Assembly: GCA_038087875.1 (NCBI GenBank)
Contig: CM075982.1
Span: 70,122,001-70,186,000, forward strand
From: Malacoraja senta
Lineage: Eukaryota
DNA length: 64,000 nucleotides
Direction of reading: 5' to 3'
Shown: positions 1 through 13,300 of the stretch, in pieces
How positions within the stretch are numbered: position 1 is the first letter of the stretch
Layout: each line of letters starts with the position of its first letter
Program-made: the position numbers and the translations under genes
Notes under the pieces: model-generated
What the model saw: the letters and a program-made list of their open reading frames with translations, nothing else
Databases searched by the model: none
Told to the model about the DNA's origin: nothing

Positions 1-1677
1 CTTCCTTACTACCGATTCAACTTGCCAATTGACAGTTAGGGAATTCCAGCACCACACCTGCAGCTTCCGAATCCTCTTCCCATTTAGAAAATAGTCTATG
101 CCTTGCAAGGTGAAATATAAAATTCCCTCATTCATCCAAGAAAACAAACTCCTGGTCCTGCCAAACACTACACATCTAACTTTACACATCTAACTTTATT
201 CTTCCCACATTTCCATCAACTATCCCAGATTCTATCAATCACTTACCTCAATGGCTAGAGGAAATTTACAGAAGTCAATTAAATGACCAGCACACACCTC
301 TTTGGGGGTGTGGGAAGAATGTGGAGACTCCACACAGACAGCTCAGGGGGTCAGGATTGGACCAGTGACAGGAGCTGCGAGGCAGCTGCTCCACTGTGCT
401 GTTTACTTTATCCACAATATCTTGCAAACTACTGCCCTGAGAGGCACAGAATATAATCCAGTGAACGATGTTTTTCAAACAGCACTCTTTATGAAACATT
501 TAATAGGATGCAAGTGGACATAAAGGTCAGGTTTATTTCCAATTGTTTTATAGAAAGATTATACAAACTCTATTCCAATAATAGTCAATAACAGCCAAGA
601 CCCATTCCCTTTTCATTATTAAAGTTTGAAATAAAAAGGAAATGATGTACTTTCAAATACGATATTATCTCCCCCAAAATTCTTGCTCATTCTCCAGACC
701 TGAAATTGGTCCAGTTGACAGTGTAATAGAGAATGATCCGTCATTACTATATTCCACTTTAAAGATACTTTGACACACTACTTTGTATCTATGAAGAAAT
801 CGACTACAATTGAACATTCACATTGTGAAATCAAGGTAGCTGCAAGTGATTAAAAAGCAGCAGAGACATTTGGCAAGTGCTGCATAACGTGTGGGCAGGG
901 CTTAGATTAGTAAGCGACATTTAGAGGAACACAAATATCTTTAAGATCCAAGCAGAGTCAGTAATCCATTAAGCTAGCAATTCTCATCTTGCTTGGATAA
1001 TATGTACCATGCCATTTCAAGGTTCTGAAAAAAGAAACTTACACAATTGAGGAAGCCAAGATTTCAGGAACAATGCAAGCCAATCGAGGTTAAAACAATA
1101 ACTACAAAATATCTCAGATTAGGGGAGGGATTTCAACGAGGCATAGGCTAAATTGCATTCTGCTTGAGATGAGAGCAGCATACAAATACTATCTGTTTAA
1201 AAGGTCCAAAACAAACTTGTAAAATCCATGCAAGTAGCTCTGGTCACGACCCATTAGTGTTATGGAACTTCATCAAGCCCAAAGGTTACAGGCTCACGTT
1301 TCAAGACTGGTGCTGCGAATGCAGGAGTACCTTCAATGGATTAAAACAGCTCATTGCCAATAAGCTTGTGAGACAGACCATTTTTTTTAGTTATATAAAT
1401 GAAGGCCAAGAGTTGGACTTCAACAGCCTACATATGATGCCGTGGCCAAGGGCAAACACCAATGCTTCTACTTCCTCAGAAAGCAGAGGAAATTCGGCAA
1501 ACCTACAAATGCACCAAAGAAAGAATCCTATCCAGATGCATCACACCTTGGTCTACCCAAGATCATAAGAAATTGCAAAGAGATGTGAACATAGCCCAGT
1601 CCATCACACAAGCCAGCCCTCCCTTCCATCTACACTTCACACTGCTTTGGTGAAACACAAGGATCATTCAAACTCTA

Positions 1678-1861
1678 AGGTACACAAAAATGCTGGAGAA
1701 ACTCAGCGGGTGCAGCAGCATCTATGGAGCGAAGGAAATAGGCAACATTTCGGCCCGAAACGTTGCATATTTCCTTCGCTCCATAGATGCTGCTGCACCC
1801 GCTGAGTTTCTCCAGCATTTTTGTGTACCTTCGATTTTCCAGCATCTGCAGTTCCTTCTTA
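1678..1861. repeat. Inverted (hairpin) Penelope-terminus insertion with 15-bp TSD
   Basis: Near-perfect palindrome at 1677-1831; ATCATTCAAACTCTA duplicated at 1663-1677 and 1862-1876. Confidence 0.85.
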
Positions 1862-3317
1862 ATCATTCAAACTCTAGTTATACCAACGTTTCCCTTCTTC
1901 CGTATTTCTGATGAAAGGTCATTGATCTGGAACGGTAACTGTCTCCACAAATGCTGCCTGACCTGTTGAGCTTTTCCAACATTTTTTGTTTTTATTTCAG
2001 TTTGTGTACAGACCAGCTCAGCAAGAGATTAGAATACAAGGATTGGTTTGGGGTTCTAAAAAGATGCAAGTTAAATGAACAAAGCAGATCAATTACACAG
2101 TGATTGCATGACCAGGCACCAGGCTCACCTGTACAAGTAAACTGTTCACTGATGGGACAACATGTAGGCTTATTCATTGGCAAAAATTGCAGTTTTGGCC
2201 CAGGAAAGAAATTAGACTATTTAGTCATATGATTCGATTCACTGGGTACACTAATATCAATGCAAAAGGAATACTCAGACAAGCTAGAACATGAGATTGG
2301 AAATCCTCAGATTGCGGATTGTCTTTACTGATCTTGTACAGCTCTATCCCGATCGACAGATCTGCAACCACCAGAATCTTCCCTTTGTAAAGACCATAAT
2401 ACTCTCCCAGACCCAATATATTTGGAAATAATCTGTTCTTCCAAAGTGCAAGAATAGAGAATAAACAATTTGCACCATATCCACTTGACTGAAATCCTTA
2501 TGACACTGAATTGTGATGTTTAATGTTACAGGTCAACTATCAACCCAGTAATTTCCCCATGGTTTTATAAACTACACTAACTTGGGCTCCATTAATCATT
2601 AGGAAAAAATATGTAAAGTGCTGGAGTAACTCAGTGGGTCAAGCAGCATATCTGGTGAACAGGGATAGGTGACGTTTCAGAGGTTGAAGGGTCCTGACCC
2701 AATATGGCACCTATCCATGTTCCACAGAGATGCTGCCTGACACACTGAGTTACTCCAGCACTTCCTTGTGTTCATTAATCATTAGTTTAAACATACAGCT
2801 CACCAGTCTACTGGGTTTACATGGTCTTTTTCAACCAATCATCATTCCATTATCACCCAACAGAAGACCACCCTGTGGCTCAGGAAGTTCACCCAGTGAT
2901 CAGCTGACCCACAGAAACCAGGAAGAGTCCTGCAATATGGTCCGTCAGCTGATCACAGCCAAAGTGTATACTGTGGTGAGGGCGGGAACAAATCCTGATC
3001 AGTATTTAATGCTTTTTGCTGGAAGTTCAATGACAGATCTTGCTTGGACTTTGAGGTTCACTCCCATCATTCAATTGACTGCTAAAACCCATTTTGGAAT
3101 TTCAAGCATGGGCAAAGTACTCAAGGGTGTCCAGCACCCGAGGGACTGAACTCTACGCAATCAGTGCCTTTGGGAAGGAAGTTGGCAAGAGAAAAAAATA
3201 GATATGAAAATTATAGTTCTGTGCACATTACTTTAAAAAAATTAAACCAGCCCAGACTTGCTTTATAAAAAAGCTAGAAGGGCATTCAATAAATTGTATG
3301 CCAATACCTACACTGTA

Positions 3318-3638
3318 CAGTGCCCTCCAAAATGTTTGGGACAAAGACCCATCATTTATTTATTTGCCTCTGTACTCCACAATTTGAGATTTGTAATAGA
3401 AAAAATCACATGTGGTTAAAGTGCTCATCTTTCCTCCAGTCTTTCCATCACCTTTGCAAACTTTTATTGCTGTTTATTAACATGGTGAAACCAAAAGTAT
3501 AAAAATGACCTTTATTAAAATCTGACAATGTGCACTTTAACCACATGTGATTTTTTCTATTACAAATCTCAAATTGTGGAGTACAGAGGCAAATAAATAA
3601 ATGATGGGACTTTGACCCAAACATTATGGAGGACACTG
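3318..3638. mobile_element. Tc1-derived MITE (internally deleted copy)
   Basis: TA|CAGTGCCCTCC...GGACACTG|TA with about 105-bp inverted arms matching the TIRs of the Tc1 at 62227-63560. Confidence 0.92.
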
Positions 3639-4258
3639 TATATATTATAAACTATGAGAATTTAATAAGCTGCACATGTACTGTTCAAGCAGATTCAAAT
3701 ACTCCAGGAGAAACAGATCATTCAAACTCTGCTAACTGCAACTTAGTTTTAACAAAGTCATGAAAATATTACTGTGAATGGAATATACCCATTTTAAACT
3801 CACTAGAGTTTCACACTGAAAGCTGTTCTGTTGGCCACTTGCATCTTAACATGAGCAGCAAGTTGCCAAATGACACACACTTGAAGTAGATGTTTAAAAT
3901 ATCAAATCAGAATGGGACATTAAAGAAAAATCCGATGTTAAACGTGCTCCTTCCTTTATACATTTAATCCAGGCAGTGCTGGCTCGTAGGCAGCTTTGAC
4001 TTGTATCCAGTGACAGAACATTTCTCACCCTCCCACAGGCATAACAGATGGGTTCAGAAGCCCAGAGGATAGTAATCAAAGACAAAAGGCAGCAGTCCAT
4101 GGTTAAAATAAAAGCATTTGCACCAATCACCAACCAGCTCTTGCACAATTCCCAGTGTGTGCTGTGAATAAACAGACCCCACAGCCTGAACGCCATGGTA
4201 TTGTGCCGAATCGTCAGATTGACAAAAGCATCAGTCCAGTTGGTCTAAAAGGCCTACA

Positions 4259-4396
4259 TTAGTCCTCACTGAAGTCTTTATCAACGCTCATGTAGGCTTT
4301 ATCAATGTAGCTAATGATTGCACATGGGGCAGTCTGGTCTGGATGGAGCAGCAGTGAAACAGTCTCTTTCCAGTAACTGAAATGAATGCAGGAGCT
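4259..4396 (-). CDS. TRPC4AP: TRPC4AP exon 19, last coding exon
   Basis: SSCIHFSYWKETVSLLLHPDQTAPCAIISYIDKAYMSVDKDFSED then TAA; acceptor ccacag. Confidence 0.95.
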   Translation of the reverse strand, partial: SSCIHFSYWKETVSLLLHPDQTAPCAIISYIDKAYMSVDKDFSED

Positions 4397-7300
4397 CTGT
4401 GGGGAAACAAGATGGAAATCAAAATTATAAATAAATCATTAATACACAGAAGATAGACACTGATAACTCCTCACTACTTTAGTCACTCCGTCCAAAGAGC
4501 AGCAATGGATACTGGAAGAGCCCAGGGTTCCAGAACCACAGGACACTGACCACATCCTGCAGTGTTGGGGAACCAGTGGCCACTGGCCAACAGAAGGCAG
4601 GCCAGCTCTTTGTAAAGCTTCTCGCCAGACCATCCCTAACTCGGTCCTCGCTGCCCTCTCTAAGCAATTCCCCTTTGAAAGTCTCAATTACCTCTTTTCC
4701 ATCAGGTTGAGATTCCTGACCTTGCCAGTCCCAGCACAAGAATGCCTCACTGCCCATGTTGTCCTTCATTTTGAATCTATGTCTCTGACGTTTGAATCCA
4801 CAATTTTGAGATTTAATCCACATACATCCAACTCTTGGTTCCTGCAGTGCTCAGAACAACGAGCAGTACAGCACAGGAGCAGGCCCTTCAGCCCACGATG
4901 TTGATGCTGAACGTGATGCCAAATGAAACTAATCCCCTTGCCTGCACATGATCAGTACCCCTCCACATCCACGTGCCCACCTAGAACCTCTTAAATTTGC
5001 TTTCACCACCAACCCTGGCAGTCTATTCCATCACCCAACTCCCTCTGTGTAAAATAATTTGCCTTGCACATCTATACATGTTGCCCCTCTCGTCTTAAAG
5101 CTATTCCCTCTAATCTTTGACATTTCCACTCTGGGAAAAAGGTTCCATCTGCTCTGTCTCCTGTTACGAATACGACTATCAAGTGGAGACAACAAGGATG
5201 TGTAATTTATGGATGTCACGGATGGACACGTTTTTTTGCAGTTCAATTGAGGAAAGACTGGGTCTGTCCTGCCTGGAGTGGTGGTGGTTAAGAGGGGACT
5301 AGATTAAGTATGTTATGAGGGGGGTAGGGTTAATTGCAGAAAGCCTTTCCTTTATCAGAGCTGAATAAAACTGGAAGACTCATGTTGAGGGGAAGGGGAA
5401 GAGATTTATGGAGGACTTTTCTTTCATCCTGAGAATGGTGGACACCTTTACTATTTAACAAGTCTTTAGATGAACACTGGATCATCCAGCCATAACATGC
5501 TTGAGTGGTGGAGATAGGATTCATGCCGATGGGTGCGTAATGGTCAGCATGGACATGGTGGGCCAAATGGCCTGTTTCCACACTGATGACATGACCATAG
5601 TGAGAAGCCACATGCTCAATCTCATGGCTGGAGAGGATCGTGGCATCAAATTCTGCAAAAGGAAACTACATAAAAGAAAATATTCCATCAGTAATTTTAC
5701 TCAAGTTAATTGATAAGGTAAGAGTTGCACGCCTCAGCTATGGCCTGACTTACATTTTCCAGACAGGTGCTGTCCTTGTCTTTGTTGAGGTAATGTTCTT
5801 GCCAAAAGCGGAGCAAGCGGTGGAAATTGTTGAGTAGGAACCCTGGATATTTCTCCGAAAGCTCTTTCCCCCGCAGGGCATTCAGGTAAAATGGCAGCTT
5901 GCCCTTGCGTCTTGCTAGCATCAGGATCACCAGGCTGGTGTTCAGACAGCTGACATTTTCCTGAGTAGAAGAAACACTCTGCATAAGATGCATTACTTAT
6001 CAACCTGCTTCCTCTGAATCACTTTTGAAGCAACCAAGAAACTCACATGTACGATCATCAGAGACAGTAATCAACATCAACAAATGAACATTGAAATGTG
6101 AACTTAGGAAGAATGATTATACAAAAGTGAACGTATTGTCACACATAGCAAGATACAGTGAAAAACTTTGCTTTGCGTGTTATCCAGGAAGATCCAACAT
6201 GCAAAAGCGAAAGAGGGCAGAATATAGAGCTACAGAGAAAGTGCAAGCGCTGCAATGAGATAGAATTTATGTGCAAGTGACGAATAAAACAGATTGATTG
6301 ATTGATAGAATGCAAGATTGGGATACATCCTTAGCATATGAGGGTTGATAACAACGAAGAACCTGTTCGTGAATCTGCTTTCAACCTTGGTAGCTACCGT
6401 CTACATGATGGGAAAGGGGAGGGGGAGGAATGACTGAGGTATGCTGGCTGCTTACATGTAGTGTGCAGTGTAGATGAGTTGATGCAGAGAGGCTGATTTG
6501 TAGGATGGTCTGAGCTGCTTCCACGAGTTTCTGCAGTCTTGAATAGACCCAACATTTGTGCGTGTAGATAGTGAGAAAAGTCTCAGGCTATAGCAAGATA
6601 TAGGTCAGTTGGAAAATTGTGTGGAACATTGGCAGATGGAATTTAATCACGTGTGAGGTGTTGCATTTTGGGAAGTCAAATAGGTGCAGGACAGGTACTG
6701 TGAATGGGGACACGAGAAATGCTGATGAGCACAGACGCCTTGGGGCGCCAAGTCCACAGTTCTCTCAAATTGACAACATGGGTTCATAGGATAGCAAAGA
6801 GCACACCCAATGCACGATTTCACACGTTAGTGCATTGAATATTTATGTTAGGATGTTAAGTTGCAATTTTATAAAACTCTGGTTAGGCTGCTCTTTGAGT
6901 ACAGTGTGCAGTTCTGGTCGCCACATGACAGGAAAGATGCGATTGCACTGCAGAGAGTGCAGAGGAGATGCTGTCTGGATTGGAGGACTTTAATTACAAG
7001 GAGAGATTGGAGATGCGGAGCTTGGTTCCCCACGGGGTGACTTGATCGAGATATGGTTTACGTATAATCTACTTAGCATTTACTTTTTACGTTTTGTCTG
7101 AGTATATGTGCCTGCGATGTTGATGCAATCAGGCTTTTCATTGTACCTGTTCCCAACCATACTGGTGTATACATTTATTTATTCGCCTCTGTACTCCAAA
7201 ATTTGAGATTAGTAATAGAAAAAAAAATCACATGTGGTTAAAGTGCTGTCAGATTTTAATAAAGGCCATTTTTATATATTTTGGTTTCACTATGTAGAAA

Positions 7301-10300
7301 TTACAGCTGTGTTTATACATAGTGCCCCCCCCCCCCCCCAATTTCAGGGCACCATAATGTTTGGGACACATGGCTTCACAGGTGTTTGTAATTGCTCAGG
7401 TGTGTTTAATTGCCTCCTTCATGCAGATATAAGAGAGCTCTCAGCACCTAGTCTTTCCATCACCTTTGGAAACTTTTATTGCTGTTTATCAACATGAGGA
7501 CCAAAGTTGTGCCAATGAAAATCAAAGAAGCCTTTATGAGTCTGAGAAACAAGATGTTAGAGACATCAGCCAAACCTTAGGCTTACCGAAATCAACTGTT
7601 TGGAACATCATTAAGAAGAAAGAGCACTGGTGAGCTTATTAATCGCAAAGGGACTGGCAGGCCAAGGAAGACCTCCGCAGCAGATGACAGAAGAATTCTC
7701 TCTATAATAAAGAAAAATCCCCAAACACTTGTCCGACAGATCAGAAACACTCTCCAGGAGTCAGGTGTGGATTTGTCAATGACCACTGTCCGCAGAAGAC
7801 TTCATGAACAGAAATACAGTGGCTACACTGCAAGATGTAAACCACTGGTTAGCCGCAAAAATAGGATGGCCAGGTTACAGTTTGCCAAGAAGTACTTAAA
7901 AGAGCAACCACAGTTCTAGAAAAAGGTCTTGTGGACAGATGATACAAAGATTAACATATCAGAGTGATGGCAAGAGCAAAGTATGGTGGAGAGAAGGAAC
8001 TGGCCAAGATCCAAATTATACCACCTCATCTGTGAAACACGGTGGTGGGGGTGTTATGGCCTGGGCATGTATGGCTGCTGAAGGTACTGGCTCACTTATC
8101 TTCATTGATAATACAACTGCTGATGGTAGTAGCTTTATGAATTATGAAGTATATAGACACATCCTATCTGCTCAAGTTCAAATAAAAGCCTCAAAAATCA
8201 TTGGCCCGCAGTTAATTCTACAGCAAGACAATTATCCCAAACATACTGCTAAAGCAACAAAGGAGTTTTTCCAAAGCTAAAAAATGGTAAATCTTGAGTG
8301 GCCAAGTCAATCACCTGATCTGAACCCAATTGAGCATGTCTTTTATATGCTGAAGAGAAAACTGAAGGGGACTAGCCCCCAAAACAAGCACAAGCTAAAG
8401 ATGGCTGCAATACAGGCCTGGCAGAGCATCACCAGAGAAAGCACCCAGCAACTGGTGATGTCCATGAATCGCAGACTTCAAGCAGTCATTGCATGCAAAG
8501 GATATGCAACAAAAACTAAACATGACTACTTTCATTTACATGACACTGCTATGTCCCAAACATTATGGTCAGAGCTGCCAAGTTTTGTCAGAGCATTTCA
8601 GTATTCTAGTACCTGAAAATCAGTATTTTGCTGAGGAAATCAGTATTTTTACGTATTGCCATCTTGCTGAATTTTTATTTTTATTTTTTATGTGCGGTCA
8701 TACCCATGTAAGAGTACAAGAATGTATAACTTTGCTACCAATTGACATGCCTTCTATGCACCTTACTTGACAGTGCATTCATTGCCATCTCTTTGTATAC
8801 TGCTGTTTGAACAGCGGCTTCCTGCTTTTAGCACCAGATAATGATGTAGACGCCATTTTGGAAGCCTCCCTCTCCCTTCTTCGCTCCCACTCTCCCTCCT
8901 TCCCCTCCCTCCCCTTTCCCTCCCACCCTCCCTCTTTCCTCCTTCCTTTTTTCTCCCTCCCTCTCTTATTCCCTCCCTCCCTCTCCATCCTCTCCCTCTC
9001 TCCACCCGTCCCTCTATCCCCCTTGAGCCCACCCATTGTTCTGTAAAATCAAGGCCAATCCCAATGTAACTGCAATCCCACTGGTAACCTTTCACCACTA
9101 GGCTTATCCAGAATTCTACCGCAGCCTGAAAAAAGAATCAGCTCAAAGGGAATTCCAAAGATTCATTGTTATATGAGAATCTTCCTGAACAGTCTCTGAC
9201 CCATAGCGCTATGTGTAAAGCCCATAGCGCTCCAGCCGGTAGCACTATATTTAGAACCCACACCGTGCAGCCGACAGCTCTTTGTTTAAATTCTCACGCG
9301 TTAAACTCTCAGCACTCTGTTTAAACCTGGAGCGGGACAGGCAGCAACTCCAGAGAGAAGGAATGGGTGACGTTTCTGGTCGAGACCCTTTTTCAGACTG
9401 AACTGAACTCCGTATTTAAAATCCGTATTAAACAACACCAAATCGTACATCAGTACTCTTAACGCATTTCCGTACAAAATACGGAAAATCCGTACTACTT
9501 GGCAGCTCTGTATGGTGCCCAGAAATGGGGGGGGGGGACAATGTATAAACACTGCTGTAATTTCTACATGGTGAAACCAAAATGTATAAAAATGGCCTTT
9601 ATTAAAATCGGACAATGTGCACGTTAACCACATGTGATTTTTTTTCTATCACAAATCTCAAATTGTGGAGTACAGAGGCAAATAAATAAATGATGGATTT
9701 TTGTCCCAAACATTACGGAGGGCACTGTATAGCAATGAATTGGACTCGATTCAGGGGCACAGGTAGTCAGAATCTTTCACCCACTGTACGGACAGTAAAA
9801 TCAGGATGACATTCGGCATGCGAGACAGAGTTTTAAAGGGACTCTATGATGGCTAAATTTTCATCCCCTATACAGAAAGTGTTTGCTTTCTGGAACACTG
9901 CCAGAAACGGTAGTGGAATCAGATAATCACTAACTTTGAGGTATTTAGACATTTAAATAGGAAAGTCACAAAATCCTTGTAGCAGGTGGTGTGCCACAGG
10001 GATCAGTGTTGACCCACTGATCGTTAGTTATATTACCAATTTGGATACAAATGTAGGTGGCATGGTAAGCAATTTTGTGGATGACACTGAAATTAGTGGT
10101 ATAGTGGACAATCAAGGTGGATATCTATGATTACAACAATCTTGATCAAATGGGTCAATGGGCCGAGGAATGGCATATAGAATTTTATTCAGATAATGCA
10201 TTTTGGTCAGACAAGGGCAGGACATAGTTCCATAAAAGTGACATTGCAGGTAGACAGGGTGGTGAATGTGGTTTTTTGCATGCTTGTTGTGGGATGGCAT

Positions 10301-13300
10301 ATTACAGCTGTCCAAGCTGTTGCGAAGGCCACATTTTATGTATCGTGTACAGTTATGGTCATTCTGCTATAGGAAGGAGGTCATTAAACTGGAAAGGATG
10401 CATGAAGATTGAGGATTTTACCAGGCCTGGAAGACTGAAGTTAGAAGAAGAGGCTGGATGGACTATTTCCCTTGGAGCACAGGAGACTGAGAGGGTGACC
10501 ATAGAGTGGGTAATAAAATCACAAGGTGCACTGATGACAGAAATAGGCCCAGTGTTTCCCCAGGTAGGGGAGTCTAAAAGTAGAGAGCACAGATTTAAGG
10601 TAAGAATGAAACGATTGCGAAGAGGGGCGCCTTTTCCCCTCCAAAACATGTTGGTGTATGGAACAAGTTGACAGAGGAAACTGCAGAGGCAGGTACAATT
10701 ATGACATTTAAAAATACATTGTGGACAGGCACATGAATGGGAAAGGTTCAGAGAGATGGACAGGATGCAGATAAGTGAAACTAGCTCAGGCAACTTGGTT
10801 GGCATGGATGGGTTGGGCTGAACCTGCACAGTTGTAGGACTCTGGATATCTCCCTAATGCAAACGGGTTTGGTTAACATATTTACGTGATGGAAGACAAA
10901 GCTTTTCTTCACGTCACCCTCTGCTTCTCTGCTAATCACATTCAATCTTTGTCCTCTTGACCTAGTACTGTTGAAAATGTTCATTATAGGGAAAAACAGG
11001 GACCCAGTGAACCCAGAGGAAGTTCAGGAGATCGGCAAGACAGATGCTGAATCAGCTGGAATGGGAAAGCGGGGTATCAGAGTATTTCTGTATTAGGGGA
11101 ATTCATGGAAATGTGGACAAAGGAACGGGACAAAAGATGCTGGAGGAAATCAGCGGGTCAGGTAGTATCTGTGGAGGGAAATGGATAGACGACGTTTCAG
11201 GTTGGGATCCTTCCTCAAACTGGAGAGCTATCACGATGACTACATCTGTGGCCACAGCTGAAACAAAACATTTAAATTTAACAATGTAAATAGGTAATTA
11301 AAACATTCCATTTACCTGCGTGAGGGTCTGTACTTGAATAATGTTAATTAGACGGAAAAGGAACGAGAGCCGGTTTTCCACATGGGACATGTAGGACAGT
11401 AGACAGCACTGGGAAATTACTTCTGCAACTGAACACAGGCACAGTAGTTCAGGTCAATTAGAGCACATTCCCATCCTTTTCTCACATGGAATGAAGGGGA
11501 AATTACACAAACCTCAACCATCTCATCATCGTGATGTAAACAGTTAAAATGGGCTTTGTACACATCAGGAATGTGTCGCAGCTTTCAATATCCAACTTTA
11601 TCATCAGGATTTAACATCACATGAAATAAAAAAATACCAGTAAACTCAGCAGATAAGGGAACATAGATAGACACAAAAAGCTACAGTAGCTCAGCAGGAC
11701 AGGTAGCATCTCTGGAGATAAGGAATGGGTGATGTTTTGAGTCGAGACCCTTCTTCATCTGCGCCCAAGATGAGGTGTTCCATACTAATATAACCGAGAT
11801 GTCTTCATTCTTTATTGAATGGGGGTTCATAGATGAGGCCCTCACCAGTGTCTCCTCGGTATCCCGCAGCTCCGCCTTTGTTCCCCCTCCTCTAGTCGCA
11901 ACAAAGACAGAGTTCTCCTAGTCCTTACCTTCCACCCCATCAGCCGTCGCATACAACACAATCATCCGCAATTTCCACTGCCTCCAACGGTATCCCAGCA
12001 CTAGCCACATTTTCTCATCTCCTTTCCTCCTTCCGCAGAGACCATTCCCTCCGTAACTCCCTGATTAACTCGTCCCTTCCCACCCAAACGACCCCCTCCC
12101 CAGGTACTTTCCCCTGCAACCGCAGAAGATGCAACACTTGTCGCTATATCTCCTCCCTCAACTCTGTCCAGTGACCCCGACAGTCCTTTCTGGTGAGGCA
12201 GAGGTTCACTTGCACCTCCTCCAACCTCATCTTCTGTATCTGCACTTTGCCCGTGGTGGAGAGCTTCTGACATGAAATGTGAACTGTTTCTCTTTGCGCA
12301 GATGCTGCCTGAAGCTACCAAGGCTTTTAGATTTTCAATGATCACCAAGCAACTTGGACTGGTCACATGATAAAGCCAAGCCATGCAGCAGCCGGTTCTT
12401 ACCGTGCCCAAAGGCTGATTGAAAGTTCACCATTGTGGCACCATCTATGACATTGATGTGGTTGTAGGAGTTAGAAAAAGGATGAGCTGCAATAAGGTGC
12501 AGGAAACAGCCAGCTAGCCAGTGCTACTACACTGAGGCACGAGAGATACCTCCCTGGTTCAGTCCAAAACCTGGACTTCACATCAATCTGCAGGAGGCCA
12601 ATACAAGCGCTTCGTTACTGGATATGCTGCAAGCAAATCCAAGGTCCGCAAGATTGTTGCTCTTAAGGCTCTGTCTTACCTGTTTGCGGTCATCGGCGGT
12701 GAAACGCGGCGTCGCCGGTAGCGGGGACCGCGCGGCAACGGCGAGAGCGTCGAGCCTATCCACCGGAGCGCCGCACGGATGCTGCGCGGGGGCCGAGTTA
12801 ATTCAAACACGGCGGGTCCCACGTGCTTGCGGTAAGCAAAAAAAAGGGCGGGCCAACTGCGATGACGTCGGCCCGCCGCACGTGACTCACGAGCGGCGGA
12901 TGCCATCCTGATCGCGGCGCTGTAGCGGTGGCTGTGCCTGCGGCCGTGCAGCACACGTGCCTCACTGGCGGCGGCACGTGCCTCACTGGCGGAGGCTGTG
13001 GCAGTGGAGGTTTGACGCACGGCGCTCGAGCCACACTGGCGGCGGCCCGTGCGGGCGGCCGTGCCGCACTCGTGCATCACTGGTGGAGGTTGTGCGGTGA
13101 GTATATAGTTTTCGACATTGTCGATTTTATTTTAGCACCGTGCGGTGTTGGGAACACCGCCGCACGGCCCCGGAATTGTACGCTCTCACGAGTGCGCGGT
13201 CTATGGCGGCAGATTCTTCCCGTTTCGCCGCCAATGACCGCAGACTCGTGAGACAGGCCTTTAAATATTTCGACGGCAGCGACATCAGTGGTGAAGCTGC

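Noticed and set aside
1-4258. MYH7B last exons or miR-499, expected from mammalian synteny
   Set aside because: No myosin tail coding sequence or miR-499 mature sequence was recognised by eye. They may lie outside the window.
8866-9030. Gly/Arg/Glu-rich ORFs (also at 49085-49412)
   Set aside because: These are low-complexity CT/GA tracts inside transposons.
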